Assembly: GCF_006345805.1 (NCBI RefSeq) | Contig: NC_043005.1 | Coordinates: 4,588,001-4,652,000 of the forward strand | Source of the DNA: Octopus sinensis | Taxonomy: Eukaryota | Length of the DNA: 64,000 nucleotides | Direction: 5' to 3' | In this document: positions 27,372-41,705 of the stretch, one piece after another | How positions within the stretch are numbered: position 1 is the stretch's first letter | Layout of the letters: every line of letters begins with the position of its first letter | Made by a program: the position numbers and the translations under genes | Notes under the pieces: model-generated | Databases searched by the model: none | Told to the model about the DNA's origin: nothing | Seen by the model: the letters and a program-made list of their open reading frames with translations, nothing else

Positions 27372-28929
27372 GCATCATCATCAACATCATTTAACATCTG
27401 CTTTCCATGCTGGCATGGGTTGGACGGTTTGGCATGGTGCTGGCCTGCCAGGGAGCTGTCCTGACTCTAGCTGTCTGTTGCAGCTGGGTTTCTCATTCCC
27501 CTTCATTTTTGAACTTCAGTCAGTTCCACTTTGCATTTATTACCATATTTCTGCTGAAATACAATGACTTTGTTGTAATTAATTGTGAAAATAACGAAGA
27601 ATTTGGTGAAATAACTGTCACATTAAGTTTTATGTTTTGGAACATGAATGAACATTTAAGTGAGGATGGAAGGTTATGATTTAGATCCCTCTAAGCCTTA
27701 TTCTTACCGTTTTTCTGTTGAATGCAGTCTTTATTCCAATTGACTTAAATTGATTTTGAAAATAAAAGAATTTAATGAAAATAAATTTGTTGCTATTAAG
27801 ATAGTGTCTAGAATATAAATTAACTTGAAATTTTCATAGAAAGTTTTTGAGAAGAGACTTCAGTTGGGTTAGCATTAAAAGGGTTAATTTTTTGTAACCT
27901 CACAATCAACAAAATTAATTAATTATAATGCTGGTTCAATTAACTATGTCAGCTTGCCTGACTTTGTTTCCTCAAAACTTCCAGAACATGAATAATTGGA
28001 ATCTAATATGCAAAAAAAAAAAAATGATTGGTGGGCATGCGCACACACATACTGACACACACACACATACTAACACACATCACATATCTTTACAAAATGA
28101 AACTTGAAATTTCTAAAAAAGAAAGTTTTTATGTGTGTCATTATTTTTCACATTAAATCCTGATAAATCATAATCTACAACATCTGAAACGTATTTGTAG
28201 AAAATTTAATTAAAAAATATCCATTTTTCTGAAATGTTAGGAATGAAACATTCTCTCCCTGAATACACAAGCAATACCTTACTCTCCAACACTCCAAAGA
28301 TGAACCACCACCCACACTGCTAAACTCACCAGGATAGTTTCTTTCCCTGAATGTGAACGCTGAATATACACAACACACGAAACCCAACACAGAAGAAACA
28401 TGCTTCCCACCCCTGATGAACTCCCTCAGCACACAAACATCACATATACCCAGAATATAATGTGATATAATATAATACAAATAAATTCACCATCCAACAG
28501 AACCCTTTCGAAAAGTCAAACTCAAGGGAGATAACCACTCAAAAGTTGTCACCAGAGAGTAGCGCCCCTTGATTTATTATTTTCTTTATAAAACTTTGTG
28601 AGAATTAGTGATACTTTACCTGAGACTTTTCGTCCAAACGGGAGATGAACAATTCTCCATGTGACTGGCTTGAAAAATTGTTAAGATATTAAGATAATTT
28701 TCTTTGCATGAAACTAATGGTAGCTTTATTATACATATAAAGATGTGTGTGTGAAGAGCATCATGAACAGCCATAGGGAAAATCCAACTAACTGGACAGT
28801 CCTTCTTTAAGGAAGGGTTGGCAGGAATGAAAATGAAAGAGAAACAACAGAGTTTTACTTCCTCTAAGTTTAAGAAATTGGCTGCAACTGATAAGGACCA
28901 CAGGACCACAGGAGCTTCACACATAGACA

Positions 28930-30480
28930 AGAAATAATAGGAGAGAGAAACTAGGTGAGCAAGATAGAAGGGAAAGAATGGAATGTGGTGGAGAAGCAGA
29001 CATAAGCAGGAATGAAGTGAGAAGGCAGTTGAAGGATAAGAAAGGAATTACTAGAATAAGAGGAGGTGAAGGGGGAAAGCATTCACTTAGACTTGTTAAT
29101 GTTGTAGTCCTGAGTTCAAATATGAAACTTTGTTTCCACTGTTTCATTGAGTCTGTCGATTGATGGTGTGCAAAAATGGAATGGCCAGTTGCATTGAAGT
29201 AGGTGGTGACCAGTTGACCTGGTGTACACAACCTGTGCTTCTGAAAGAGGTTGGCAAGTTGTCTTTGTGTTTCCCCAACATAAAGAGTGCTGCATAGTTT
29301 GTACAACAGAAATTCTGAGTATTGTGATATTATAACTTGGGCCCAGTGATGGTTGTAGCATTGCTAATACAGGGGCAGGTTTTGCATTAGTGGTGAGTGC
29401 CGTTAAAAGTGCCTGGTTGTGAGGGCCAGGGTGCTGTGGAGCTTCTAAGGAGATTTCTGGGATTCTAATCCTTTTTGAAAGCAAGGATAGATGGTACAGG
29501 AAGGATTGAAGTGGTTTGGGTTCAGTAAGTAGAATTTGGAAGTTGTGGAACAGAAAGCAGATGGGTAAAAGATGAGAGAGTATGGAATAAAAAGTAATGG
29601 TGTACTTAAATAGGATAAGAAAGCAGTAGTGTGTTCGTGCAGGACCAACAATTGATTAGGGATACATTTAATTCAGTAAGAGAGGCCGCATACTTTTACA
29701 TTGAGATTCAAAATCCAAATCAATACTGCAGAGCCAGAGAGAGAGAGAGAGAGTGCAGGAGTTGAGAGAATGGTATGAGAGATTTAGAGTGTTTGGAGTA
29801 AGAAGAAGAGTCATGGAGACAAGAATGGGAGTTAATAGGCTTACAGAGGATGGAGGTAGACAAGTGAATATTGTTGATAGCGATGGAGTTTTTAGGAAAC
29901 TAACAGAAGTATTTGAAACAGTAGAAGTAAAGATGAAAAGAGTTTATCAACCAGATAAAACTCTCAAGCTGTTGTCTGGGGGGGGGGGTAGTGCTGACCC
30001 AGCAGTCAAAGTAAGGACTGTAAGGTCTGTGATGGGTCTTGTGAATTGGGGGAAGATTTGCTTTTCGATGCAGGCCACAAAGAGGTTTGCATAATTGGGG
30101 CCCATCCTAGTTCCCAAGGCAAACCTGTTGACTTGCTTTTGTTAAATTCCTCAGAGAAAAAAATGGGATTATGAGTTAGGATAAGGTTAGCTAAGCAGAG
30201 GAATGTTGTAGTATTGGCACAGGTAGGAGACATCATTGTGGGGGAGGATGGGGGAAAAGGGGCCAGTGGCGAAAGGTGATAGTATTTTATTAAAGTACAA
30301 TGGTAGAAGTACAGAAGAGCAGTTTCATGTGGAGAGAATAAAATGGCCAGGATTTTCTGATTTGTGAATTTTGGGGACAAAGTAGACAGTGGAGGGTTGG
30401 AGTGTGGTTACAATGAGGTTAGTGGTTGTGGGGTGAAGTGAACCAGTTGAGATAAATTCAAAAACAGTGGTGAACACTTG
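28930..30480 (-). mobile_element. Degenerate Penelope-like retroelement (RT plus GIY-YIG endonuclease)
   Basis: YFVPKIHKSENPG (RT N-terminal motif) in ORF 30325-30675 and CSTLYVGETQRQL (GIY-YIG) in ORF 28917-29306; many stops and frameshifts. Confidence 0.8.
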
Positions 30481-30536
30481 TTTCCACCAGTGCCTGGGGC
30501 ATGTCTGTGTGTTTGTGCATATAAATATAAATATAG

Positions 30537-30631
<95 letters not shown>

Positions 30632-30888
30632 GAGAGAATAGACAGATAGATAAAACTTACATATAATATATACATACTGTATATATCAAGGGTCTTACAC
30701 GAAACTCTCAGGCCTTCAGTTGCTTTGTTATTTCAGCCAATTGAATATAAAAATGCTTTATATGTTTGTGTGGGCGTATGTATGCATGTACACACACACA
30801 CACATGCCCGCCCGCCCGCACGCACACACACATACATATATACATACAAATATACATACATACATACATGCATACATATGTGCATATA

Positions 30889-30954
<66 letters not shown>

Positions 30955-31240
30955 GTGTAGTGCCACCTGACTGTCGTCTGTGTCAGTGACACATAAAAGC
31001 ACGATCTGATCGTAGCTGTTTGCCAGCCTGCTCTGGCCCCTGTGCCGGTGGCATGTAAAAAAAGCACCCACTACACTCACGGAGTGGTTGGCGTTAGGAA
31101 GGGCATCCAGCTGTAGAAACACTGCCAGATCAGACTGGAGCCTGGTGCAGCCTCCTGGCTTCCCAGACCCCGGTTGAACCGTCCAACCCCTGCTAGCATG
31201 GAAAACGAACGTTAAACCATGATGATGATGATGATGATAT

Positions 31241-31344
<104 letters not shown>

Positions 31345-31510
31345 CATGCACATACACATACACTCACAACATTCAGCTCTGAAAACCTTAAATTGATTCC
31401 CCTTTTTGCCTGGAGCCATTTCAACTGCCTTCTTTTATCAAGTTTTGCTTTCTCCAGACATTGCACTTGTTACATACACAGACTTTCCACCAGTGTTATC
31501 ATTGTGCACT

Positions 31511-31885
31511 TTATTATTTTTGCCTCTGCCTTAGCAAGGCAGAGGTATTGTTTTTAGTTGCATTTGTTTGTTTGTCCATGGACAAAATATCTCAAGAACC
31601 ACTGGATAGATTCAGATGAAACTTTCAGGGATGTTTCGCCTCGTGGCTGGCACAAACTGATTAGATTTGGGGATCGATCTGGTGCTGGACAAGGATTCTG
31701 GATTATTTTCCCTGTTTTTTTACTTAAATTTTGAGAGCGGTTGGGTTCATTTTTAGTATTCTCGTATGTGGGAGCAGTCAAGTTTATTTCAGATATTCTC
31801 ATTTTAAAAATCTTCTCCGGCTAATCGTTGAGAGGACGTTGGTGTTGCCTTGGCAGAGGTCTGCTCGCTCTGAGTGCTCTTGTTT
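31511..31885. mobile_element. Non-autonomous Helentron/DINE-like (HINE) element
   Basis: Sub-terminal inverted repeats CCTCTGCC..AAGG / CCTTGGCAGAGG, internal (TTTG)n, 3' GAGTGCTCTTGTT end; this layout is typical of the family. Confidence 0.55.
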
Positions 31886-33119
31886 CTATTATTGCACTTT
31901 TGCATTGGTGCTTCTTCCCAAATACCACAATTCTTTTTAGCTTCACTTTCTCCTCACACTCACATCTGCTACCTTCTCATCCCCCCCCACCTTCCTTGCA
32001 CATAAAATACAATTACACGTACATACCATCCTCCCATCTCACCACGCTCCCATACTTGCACACATCCCAATACCCTCACACACCTACACACCTCTCTCTA
32101 AGCTCATCTCTACACATGGATATACTCCTACATAGGCACACATCACCCTACTCCCTCCTTCTTAACCCCCCCCACCCCATAGAATTGCCTCCCCATTACC
32201 TCTCATTCTCATCTTCTGTTTCCCATCTTCCTTTCCCATCTCTCTTCCAGCATCCATCAAAACATTCAGACTCTTTTCTTTCTTTGTAAGCATTAAAGTA
32301 ATTCATTTATTAAAACTTGTTTCCCACCCCCACTCCATGCTGTCTTCTTTCTGTATTCATTGTTCTATACATACATACATGTGTGTGTATAATACAAATA
32401 ATATACAAATATATGCATATATACATACATATATGTACATACCTACATATATATGCATATATGGGCACAGGACATCAAAAAAACGTTGAACACAATGAGG
32501 AACGAAAACATAAAAATAAAGACATAGAAACGAACCTTTTTTCGAACAACGAAAAAAACAAACAGAGAAACGAGTCATACAACATAAAGAATATTCCCCT
32601 TCTTTGTAGTTGTCCCTGTTTCATCTACTCCACATGACGAAGGCAAGGACAAGATGCAACTTCATTGAAACAGTCCTTCTCGCAAAGCAAATTAAATAAA
32701 ATTTGGGATTTTTTGCAGAGGATGAAACGGGTAACAAGAACAGGACAATGGGAACAAAAAAGTAAAAACAAACGATGAGGGCCGTTAAGCCAAGATGATG
32801 GAAAAATTATTCTGAACGTTTAAGGAGACAAGCTTATGAAGAGACAGTATAAGCCCATTTAGTCTTTGCAAAGGTACCTTCACAAAGTTATTTTCATTTC
32901 CATGACTGTTAAATTCTTAGCGTTTTCTTCTATTTCAGTTCTTTTTTTATTCAGTTTGACGTTATTCTTATTCTGAATATTTACTTTCCCAATCTTATTA
33001 GAATAGCTTTTATTGAAATTTTGATATTTTTTCGTAATGAGCTGCTGTTATTTGGGCAATGGTTCTACTGTTAGAATAAACCATATGGATCTTGTGTTTG
33101 TTTTAACTACAAAGTATTT

Positions 33120-33155
<36 letters not shown>

Positions 33156-33307
33156 CTCTGTGTGTGTATACATACATACATTCATGCATGCATAAACACA
33201 CACACATACATCTATATATGTATATACATATATGTTTCAAAATGTAACTGCATGTGCATCATTGGCGATTTTCTTCCTCCGTCTTCCCTTCCTTTGGACT
33301 TTCCTCT

Positions 33308-33343
33308 ATTTCTGAAGAAGAGCCTTGGCTCGAAACATTAAAT
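33308..33343 (+). ncRNA. Degenerate minimal type I hammerhead ribozyme motif in a Penelope-type terminal repeat
   Basis: ATTT-CTGAAGAA-GAGCC-TT-GGCTC-GAAAC-ATT-AAAT; related motifs at 13101-13136(+), 35617-35651(+), 61332-61367(-). Confidence 0.55.
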
Positions 33344-33551
33344 TCTCTTTCCTTCCTTTCCTGAGCATCTGATAATACGTCCTCGTGTTATTGCTTTTTC
33401 TTGTTTGTTCTTTTTTGTTTGGATTCACTATATGATATATATATATCTATATATATATGTGTGTATATATAAATATATGTATGTATGTATATATGTATTA
33501 CATACTTACATATATATATGTGTGTGTGTGTATACATGTATGTATGTATAT

Positions 33552-33598
<47 letters not shown>

Positions 33599-33989
33599 GT
33601 ATAGTGTACATTTCCAGAATGGTAAGGTTAACGTGTAAAGTATTCCACCTGGTGAGAGATAATAAACACAATATATGTTTTTATGTGCTACTGTTAGTTT
33701 CATGTGATGAAAGTATGCCAGAAAGTGTTATTGAACATGTCTGGTGCACTAGTGCACTCTTCAGGCACTGCCCACAGAGCATAACAAACCAAAAATAGGA
33801 CAATAGGATGAGAGAAAAACAAGAAAGAAGATATATAAAAGGTGGAAGTCACCAGGTGTGTTAAAAATACTGTCTGGCATGCTTTCATCACCTGAAACTA
33901 ATAGTAGCACATAAAAACATAATATAAATATACACACACTGGTTGTGCTGACTATATTGTCGTCTAAGTGAAGCAAAAATGAAAATAAC

Positions 33990-34818
33990 ACTCACAACTC
34001 ATTTTAAAAGATATATTTACCAAAATTACATAAAAATATCTTGAAATACTAAAGAGTAAATTTATTCAATAAAACCGCCATTGGCTTCAACCACGGCTTC
34101 CAGATGACTTCGGAATCTCCTGCAACTCTTCTGGATAGTCTCCTTGTTTAAGTTGGTGAATGCTGCCATAATCCTTACCTTTAGTTCATTTTTGGTGTTT
34201 CAAGGAGTTTTGTTGGTCTCTTGCTCAACTGTGCCCCCACACATAATAATGAAGGAGTTACAGTCTGAGGAGTTAGGTGGCCAGATGTTAAGGGTGATGT
34301 GGTCGCAGAAATTGTCTGACTGCCATAACTGGGTTCTCCTGCGTGTGTGGGATGGTGTAGAGCCCTGTTGCCAGACATAGGGTCTTCGAGCAGCCACTTT
34401 CTTGACCCAGGGCAGTACTAACTCCACCAGGCACTTGATGTAGGCCTGTGTGTTCAGTCTGAAGCAGTGTGGGAAGATGAATGGAGGCATAATGTTGGCA
34501 CCACTAGTGATCACATTAAACACCATGATGTTGACTGGATGTTTGATTTTTATCACTGTTGGTACATGTTTTGGGAACATGGCAAGTCAACAGTTGTTCT
34601 GTGTGTGTTTACCTTTGTTCATAGTGGAGCTTCCGGCATGAATGTCAAGCAATACAGCATGTCATTTGCAAATTTCTGGCAGAGTGAATTGCAGCATGAC
34701 ACTGTTTTTCTCACAGACAGTGCCCAACTGACCCTACTATACTGTGTAGTCAACAAAATAAAAAGCAAACAATGTGCATGTGCGAAATTAAGAATATAAA
34801 ATGGTGACAATTTACCCA

Positions 34819-34820
<2 letters not shown>
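33990..34820 (-). mobile_element. Tc1/mariner-superfamily transposase relic (maT/DD37D-like)
   Basis: KHPVNIMVF...PPFIFP...YVWQQGSTPSHT...DHITLNIWPPNSSDCN matches the QQDxAPxH and WPPNSPDLNP motifs. Confidence 0.85.
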
Positions 34821-34852
<32 letters not shown>

Positions 34853-35082
34853 CATTGTTTTAACATCCTCTTTCCCATGCTTGCACGGGTGAGATGCAAA
34901 TCTCTGAAGCAGACCTTTTATCCAAAATTACTAAGGGACACACACATACACTTTCACATCACTCATCACACATTGCTCTCCTCTGCCAACACTCTCTCCA
35001 AAAACAAGCGATACATGAATGTTGGCTAAATTATAAAGCATAAAGCAAGGAAATGACCTGACCCTTTTTACTCTCTTCCTAG

Positions 35083-35261
35083 TTGTTTGGCCAGCCCAAT
35101 GTAAGGCTACAGCTACTGAGAAAAAGACTGGACTGAGTGCAACTTGTGAGAGGCTGAACCCTAAACTAGCCATCGAATGCGCAGTATTGAAGGCAGCCAA
35201 CTTGGTGAAGAGAGTTGCAGAAAAACTGGATGAAACAACATCAGATTCAAGAAGATTTTGA
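35083..35261 (+). CDS. Terminal exon P2 (phase 1): xVWPAQCKATATEKKTGLSATCERLNPKLAIECAVLKAANLVKRVAEKLDETTSDSRRF*
   Basis: Acceptor CCCTTTTTACTCTCTTCCTAG, open frame to TGA, same Cys spacing as P1, P3, P4. The minus-strand ORF 34931-35281 is its antisense shadow. Confidence 0.85.
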
Positions 35262-35490
35262 CTTTTCCAATGGGCTAACAAATAGGAATATATAATTTAC
35301 ATACACAGATACGTACGTACATACATATATACATCCATCCAACCATATATATATATGTGTGTGCTTTATAGATGTGAAACCCAGGGTAATTCCATAGACC
35401 AGCCTTATCTGTCTTTATATATATATATGTATGTATATATATATACACACACACACACATATATATATAAATATATATATATGTGTGTGT

Positions 35491-35530
<40 letters not shown>

Positions 35531-35756
35531 ATATGTATATATAAATGTGACCATGTGTGTACCGTTGGCAATTTTTTTCCTCCGTCTTCCTTTCCTTGGA
35601 TCTTTCCTTTTCCTATGTTTCTGACAAAGAGCTCCGCTCGAAACGTTAAACCCTCCTTCTTTCCTTCCTTCCTTCCTGAATGTCCAATAACACTATATTT
35701 GTTCCACGTCCTCGCGTTGTTGTGTTTTCTCTTTGTGTTTTTATGTTTGGATTAAC

Positions 35757-35903
<147 letters not shown>

Positions 35904-35974
35904 CTTGATAATTTCTTGTTAAGTTTTCCTTATTAAGAAGTTGTCCTTAATTGCTATATATATATATATATATA

Positions 35975-36025
<51 letters not shown>

Positions 36026-36037
36026 CATATATATATA

Positions 36038-36080
<43 letters not shown>

Positions 36081-36085
36081 TATAC

Positions 36086-36174
<89 letters not shown>

Positions 36175-36238
36175 TGTAGTGATACATTAAATGTTTATAA
36201 CTTCCATCCTAGGATTATTTTTCTTGTTATCATTATTA

Positions 36239-36281
<43 letters not shown>

Positions 36282-36291
36282 ATATATATAT

Positions 36292-36665
36292 AAAATGAGA
36301 AAATGGAGAAATATATCTAAATCAATCATCAACTATCAGATAATACCGAATCATATACTTTATTAAAACACTACACAATAGCAAAGAGATTAGACATAGA
36401 TACAGTACAATAATTACAAACAATATGGTGAAATATAGCTAAATAAATATAACAAGATATAAAAATACATTTACATTATAACTGACAGCTGTTTTTATAT
36501 CTTGTTATATTTATTTAGCTATATTTCACCATATTGTTTGTAATTATTGTACTGTATCTATGTCTAATCTCTTTGCTATTGTGTAGTGTTTTAATAAAGT
36601 ATATGATTCGGTATTATCTGATAGTTGATGATTGATTTAGATATATTTCTCCATTTTCTCATTTT
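36292..36665. repeat. Perfect inverted repeat: 174-bp arms, 26-nt spacer
   Basis: 36292-36465 is the exact reverse complement of 36492-36665 on manual comparison. Confidence 0.95.
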
Positions 36666-36841
36666 GTATTATTAATTTACGGTAAAAATAATTTTACCTT
36701 TGTCCACCTAATACAGTAAATGAATTAATTGCATCGCAATTTTTAACATTTATGTATTAGCTTTGTTGGGTACTTCTCTAGCAGTATATTGGATATATGT
36801 TATCCCATGGAGGGTTGAATTTACAACCCCTATCTCATTTG

Positions 36842-36874
<33 letters not shown>

Positions 36875-37562
36875 CACACACATTATATACACATATATAT
36901 AAGTGCATGTGTGTGTGTCTGTGTGTAGATATATAAAATACACACTCATATATATGTACCTATACATGTTCATGTATGTATACATGTTTGTATGAATGCA
37001 TACATGTATGTACATACACACACACACCAGCATATCTATATAAAATCATACACAAGTAATTTTGAGTGCCAGTAATTCACTGAATGCACACATGCAGACA
37101 CCTCTATCTCTCTCTATGTATATATATACACATACACACACATATATAAGATACAGAAATAGTTTATTCTCAAATGCATGATAATGCTGATACAATAGGC
37201 TGAACAGGATAAACTATCCAGATATTATAGGAAAAATCGTTACCAGCCAGCCATGAGACTTGATCTCACATCGCTGTGATTACGTGTAATAATCTTTAGT
37301 TGAAAAGTCTTTGGCCAGTGATTTTCGTATTTCTAGATTAAGTCAGTTCTATTTCCTGATTCCATGTGTGTCAGGGTTTCTATCTGTGTCTTGGGCAGTT
37401 GTGGTTTGCTGATTAACGGAGTTCTGGGGTATGGAGGAAAATAGAATAGGATGCTGTGGAATTTGTGTGTTCTCCAACAATATCAGGGTGGGGGAAACCT
37501 TTAGAACATTGAAAGAAAGGAAGAAAGAAAGAAGGAAGGAAAGAAGGAAGAGAGAAAGAAAG

Positions 37563-37652
<90 letters not shown>

Positions 37653-37997
37653 AAGAAAGAAAAGCGGTGGTTGTGACATTTATGCATTTCCCAGGAATAT
37701 TCGTGCAGTATTTGAAGTCAGTCCATTTAAGTTAGCAATCTCCCTCATACATTTCATTTATCAACAATCCAGCTCTGTACTAATATTAACCATCCACAGG
37801 CAAAGGTTTTCATAGTAAAAAAAAAATCCCTTTTTTTTTAAAATGTAAAATTGGAGTCATTCCTTTGACTCCAATTTCCTTATAAAAACAGAAACAATTT
37901 CTTAAACCAAAAAAAATGTTAAAATAGGTGCCATCATACTTTTATGGTTTTCATTGGAAATTAGTTTTGATGAGAATAGTTTTGGGATAATTCTTAA

Positions 37998-38196
37998 CCC
38001 TTTTGATACCAACCCACTTGAGCCCACCCCTGGGGTCTATGATACAAACTTTCAATTTTAAAGTGATCTAAAATTAAACTTTCCATTAAAATTTAAAGTT
38101 AATAATGACAAAGTTATATTAATAAATTCTCCATTATTTTTAAACTTCATTAAAACAGCAGCAATGTATTTCAACAGGAATATGGTGTCAAAAGAG
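37998..38196. mobile_element. piggyBac-type MITE
   Basis: TTAA on both sides; ends CCCTTTTGATACC / GGTGTCAAAAGAG. Related copies near 23500-23710, 27520-27885, 44370-44570. Confidence 0.7.
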
Positions 38197-38299
38197 TTAA
38201 GTTTTGCTTCGAAAACGTCTACCAATTGGTAATTGGATACATTTATGGATATAGTAATGGAATCAACAACCTTCAAAACCAATCAGTGACCAATGGCAG

Positions 38300-39130
38300 A
38301 AATTCTAGGAAGAATAGCAGAAAGTTTTCAGAGAAGCCTCACCCCATCCCAAGCCAGTGTTTTGGCCCTTGGCTCCTTATATACTTAGGAGGGTCAGGCT
38401 GAATCCAGATTATGACTTCCAGATGCTCCTCTACAGCCGCATTCTATGCTACTATCTGAACTGCAACCTGCGCCTTTCTGGTTGGTCAAGCTGCCCCAGA
38501 GCCAAAATACCTTGGATGTTATAACCTCTTCTGACGCTCACTTTCATTCCTTCTTGACCAAATCCAGATGGAACTGCTCCCAGAAGCTTCTGCCATGGCC
38601 TTAATGGCTCTGGTTCTCTTTCAACCAGAAAATGAGAACCATTTCATGAGATAATTTGCAGATTAGCCTACAGACCTTCTCACTCCCATCCATATGGCAA
38701 AGACTTTGGTCTGGAAGCCTGATTTTCTCAGCACTATGACATTTTTCAGTCTTGTAGATATGGTTTCCTCCGTTCCGCTTTCATGTGGCACAATTTCTGA
38801 TTGAATTTATTCCACCAGAATTACTTGTTTTGATGAAAGTGAGTAAAATACAATGTCCAGTCTCACAGAGTCGGTTTGTAGAAGGTTTCAGCTGTGGACT
38901 CATGCAACTTGGCTGTCTTGATAGTCTTCCCATCTTTCAGAGCAAAACTGGGCTTGTAGCAGAGAGAAAGGTGACTTCATGCCAGGTGTTGAGAGAGTAA
39001 AACATGACAGAGGAGCAGGTACAGGTGTCTTGCTATGGAGGAGATCGATGACAACAGCATATTACATAAGGTTTGGGTGCAGGTTGCTGGAAAGATGATT
39101 AAATATGTTGGTAACGCAGAATCCAAGCAA
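38300..39130 (-). mobile_element. Possible heavily degraded L1/Tx1-like LINE fragment
   Basis: Weak motif DWTLY...WWNKF on manual translation; many stops. Confidence 0.25.
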
Positions 39131-39573
39131 ACATTCAAGGTACAAGAAGTTGAACAGGAGAGAGACTAAAGGCAGGGTGTATGGAGGGGGGTGGGTAGTG
39201 ATGTCAGAAAGATGTGGGAGTGGAGCAACGGATGGTTAGAGGTGGGGGTAGAGGTGGGGGTAGAGGTGAATGTAGCGAACGGTCATCAAGAATATTTTGA
39301 TATTCTCTAGAATGAAATATTAAATCAAGACAACTTACTAACGTGTTTTTACAGAGACCATTGTTAAGGTTAAGGCCTGAGTCAGCTCTGATTGAGTTGA
39401 TCTTTGAGGGCAGAGGTTTCCTATGCGACCATTTCTTCTTTTCATCTCTGCATATAATATATTTAAGCCCACATTCTCAAATAGCCAACAATGTCCTTCC
39501 TACTTTGAATCGTTAGAACTATGATTTCTATGGCCTTCTCTAATCCCATGTAACATGTTTGCATCTGTTTCAG

Positions 39574-39734
39574 TGCGAAGCTTCCTGAAATGTAAGGCCA
39601 CAGTCACTGAGAAACAGACTGGTCTTGCTGGTACTTGTCAGAAGCATTATCAAAAGGAAGCGATTCAGTGTGCAATGGCAAAAACTGTCAAACTCCTTCG
39701 GGAACTCATAAAGAAAATCGATGCGGGCGCTTAA
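39574..39734 (+). CDS. Terminal exon P3 (phase 1): xRSFLKCKATVTEKQTGLAGTCQKHYQKEAIQCAMAKTVKLLRELIKKIDAGA*
   Basis: Acceptor TTTGCATCTGTTTCAG, open frame to TAA, AATAAA at 40222 and 40244, paralogous to P4. Confidence 0.85.
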
Positions 39735-39877
39735 AACACACACACACACACAAGATATTAATATATAATATATAATTATATACATATAATCATATATAAC
39801 CATATATATATATATATACATATATAAAATATCTTTTATCCTTCTCTCCCTCTTTCTCTTGGTCTCTCTTACATGCT

Positions 39878-39910
<33 letters not shown>

Positions 39911-40131
39911 GTACATATATATTTATATATATATATACACACGTGTATATTAATTACTGGTGAAGGCTGGCTTCTAATGTTATAGTAATTAATATAGACT
40001 GCTCTACTTTGTAAGAGTGGGTTTCTCTCCATTTATGTTTTTCTAAAAAAACAATTATATATATATATATATAAATGTAAGATCCAGGGACCAAGGTGTA
40101 GGTGTGTGTATATATATGTATATATATGCGT

Positions 40132-40183
<52 letters not shown>

Positions 40184-40449
40184 TCACAGATTCTTTTGCC
40201 TTGTTCAACTGAAGATGTCTTAATAAAATAATGATTTGAATAGAATAAAATTGATTTTATCTAAAATCCATAATCTTATAAAATTGTTGTTCATGGTGTT
40301 CTGATGACTTCAGAAATCTTTCACAAAATCAGACGAGTAAAGTTTAAGCTGTGTCAACGCATGCAACATGGTTAACGGGATTTTCTTCACAACATCATTC
40401 AGGCCAGAATTCTGTTTTGTTGGTTATTGGTAGGGAACTTTAAGGATCC

Positions 40450-40805
40450 CATTGCACCCATCTAACACCCGTGGACATATTTACAAAGTCAGAAAACAGC
40501 ACAGCTCCCATGACTTTCGGAAACATTTTTTCATGCTAAGAGTTACTGAAGCATGGAACAGACTGCCAGCATCAGTTGTTAGTTGTCGGAGCACTGCATC
40601 CTTCAAAACTTCCATGCTTCCTGAGATTCGCCAACACTACACCTGATTTTCTCCCCTCCATACACACGCAAGCATGTATCTGACTCATACATTGTTCGCT
40701 TTCCAGACATTTGTACATTACTGCATATACTCTATATGCACTTTCTGACAAGTTGTGGTGCACCTGAGCACTGTATACAATAATTTCATTATTATTATTA
40801 TTATT
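40450..40805 (+). mobile_element. CR1/L2-type LINE 3' end
   Basis: TRGHIYKV...RKHFFMLRVTEAWNRLP..VV (ORF 40452-40646) followed by 3' UTR and (ATT)n tail; similar tail at 12340-12430. Confidence 0.8.
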
Positions 40806-41222
40806 TAAGGATCAAACAAAACTGCATTCTTACTTTTCCCATTTTGAACACACAAACATTATTCTCAAATTATTTGTTCAGGCTCTTTACATTTTGAGAT
40901 CAAATCCCACCAAGATCATCTTTGCCTTTCATTTCTCTAGGTTGACAAAGTACCAGTTAAATACTGGGGTTGATGTAATCAGTTCATCTCCTCCCTTCAA
41001 AAATTGCTGTTTTTCTGCCAAAATCAGAAAAAAATTGTTAGTATAGGCACAGGAGTGGCTGTGTAGTAAATAGCTTGCTTACCAACCACAGGGTTCTGCG
41101 TTCAGTCCCACTGTGTGGCACCTTGACAAGTGCCTTCTACTATAGCCTCAGGTTGACCAAAGCCTTGTGAGTGGATTTGGTAGACGGAAACTGAAAGAAG
41201 CCTATTGTATATATATGTGTAT

Positions 41223-41257
<35 letters not shown>

Positions 41258-41274
41258 CATATCAATCAAATCAA

Positions 41275-41705
41275 ATCAAACCAAATCAAAATAGATGAAC
41301 ATCAATGGAATTTGTATCCTTGTGGTACCAGTGCCGGTGGCACATAAGAAAACCATCTGAACGTGACCGTAGCCAGTACCGCATCGACTGGCCTCCGTGC
41401 TGAGGGCACGTAACAAACACCATCCGAGCGTGGCCGTTCGCCAGCCTCGTCTGGCACCTGTGTCGGTGGCACATAAAAACACCATCCGAGCGTGGCCGTC
41501 TGCCAGCCTCGTCTGGCACCTGTGTCGGTGGCACATAAAATCACCCACTACACTCTTGGAGTGGTTGGCGTTAGGAAGGGCATCCAGCTGTAGAAACACT
41601 GCCAGATCTGACTGGCCTGGTGCAGCCTTCGAGCTTGCCAGACCCCAGTTGAACCGTCCAACCCATGCTAGCATGGAAAGCGGACGTTAAACGATGATGA
41701 TGACG
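41275..41705 (+). mobile_element. Family B retroposon inserted into a family A SINE
   Basis: Interrupts the SINE between its head (41044-41210) and tail (41720-41935); ends GGACGTTAAACGATGATGATG. Confidence 0.8.

Noticed and set aside
34931-35281. Minus-strand 116-aa ORF
   Set aside because: Antisense shadow of exon P2.
37399-37428. LLINGVLG peptide resembling CLINDVLS of the 43071 exon
   Set aside because: Wrong phase (2 to 2) to join P3, stop in the phase-1 frame; likely chance.
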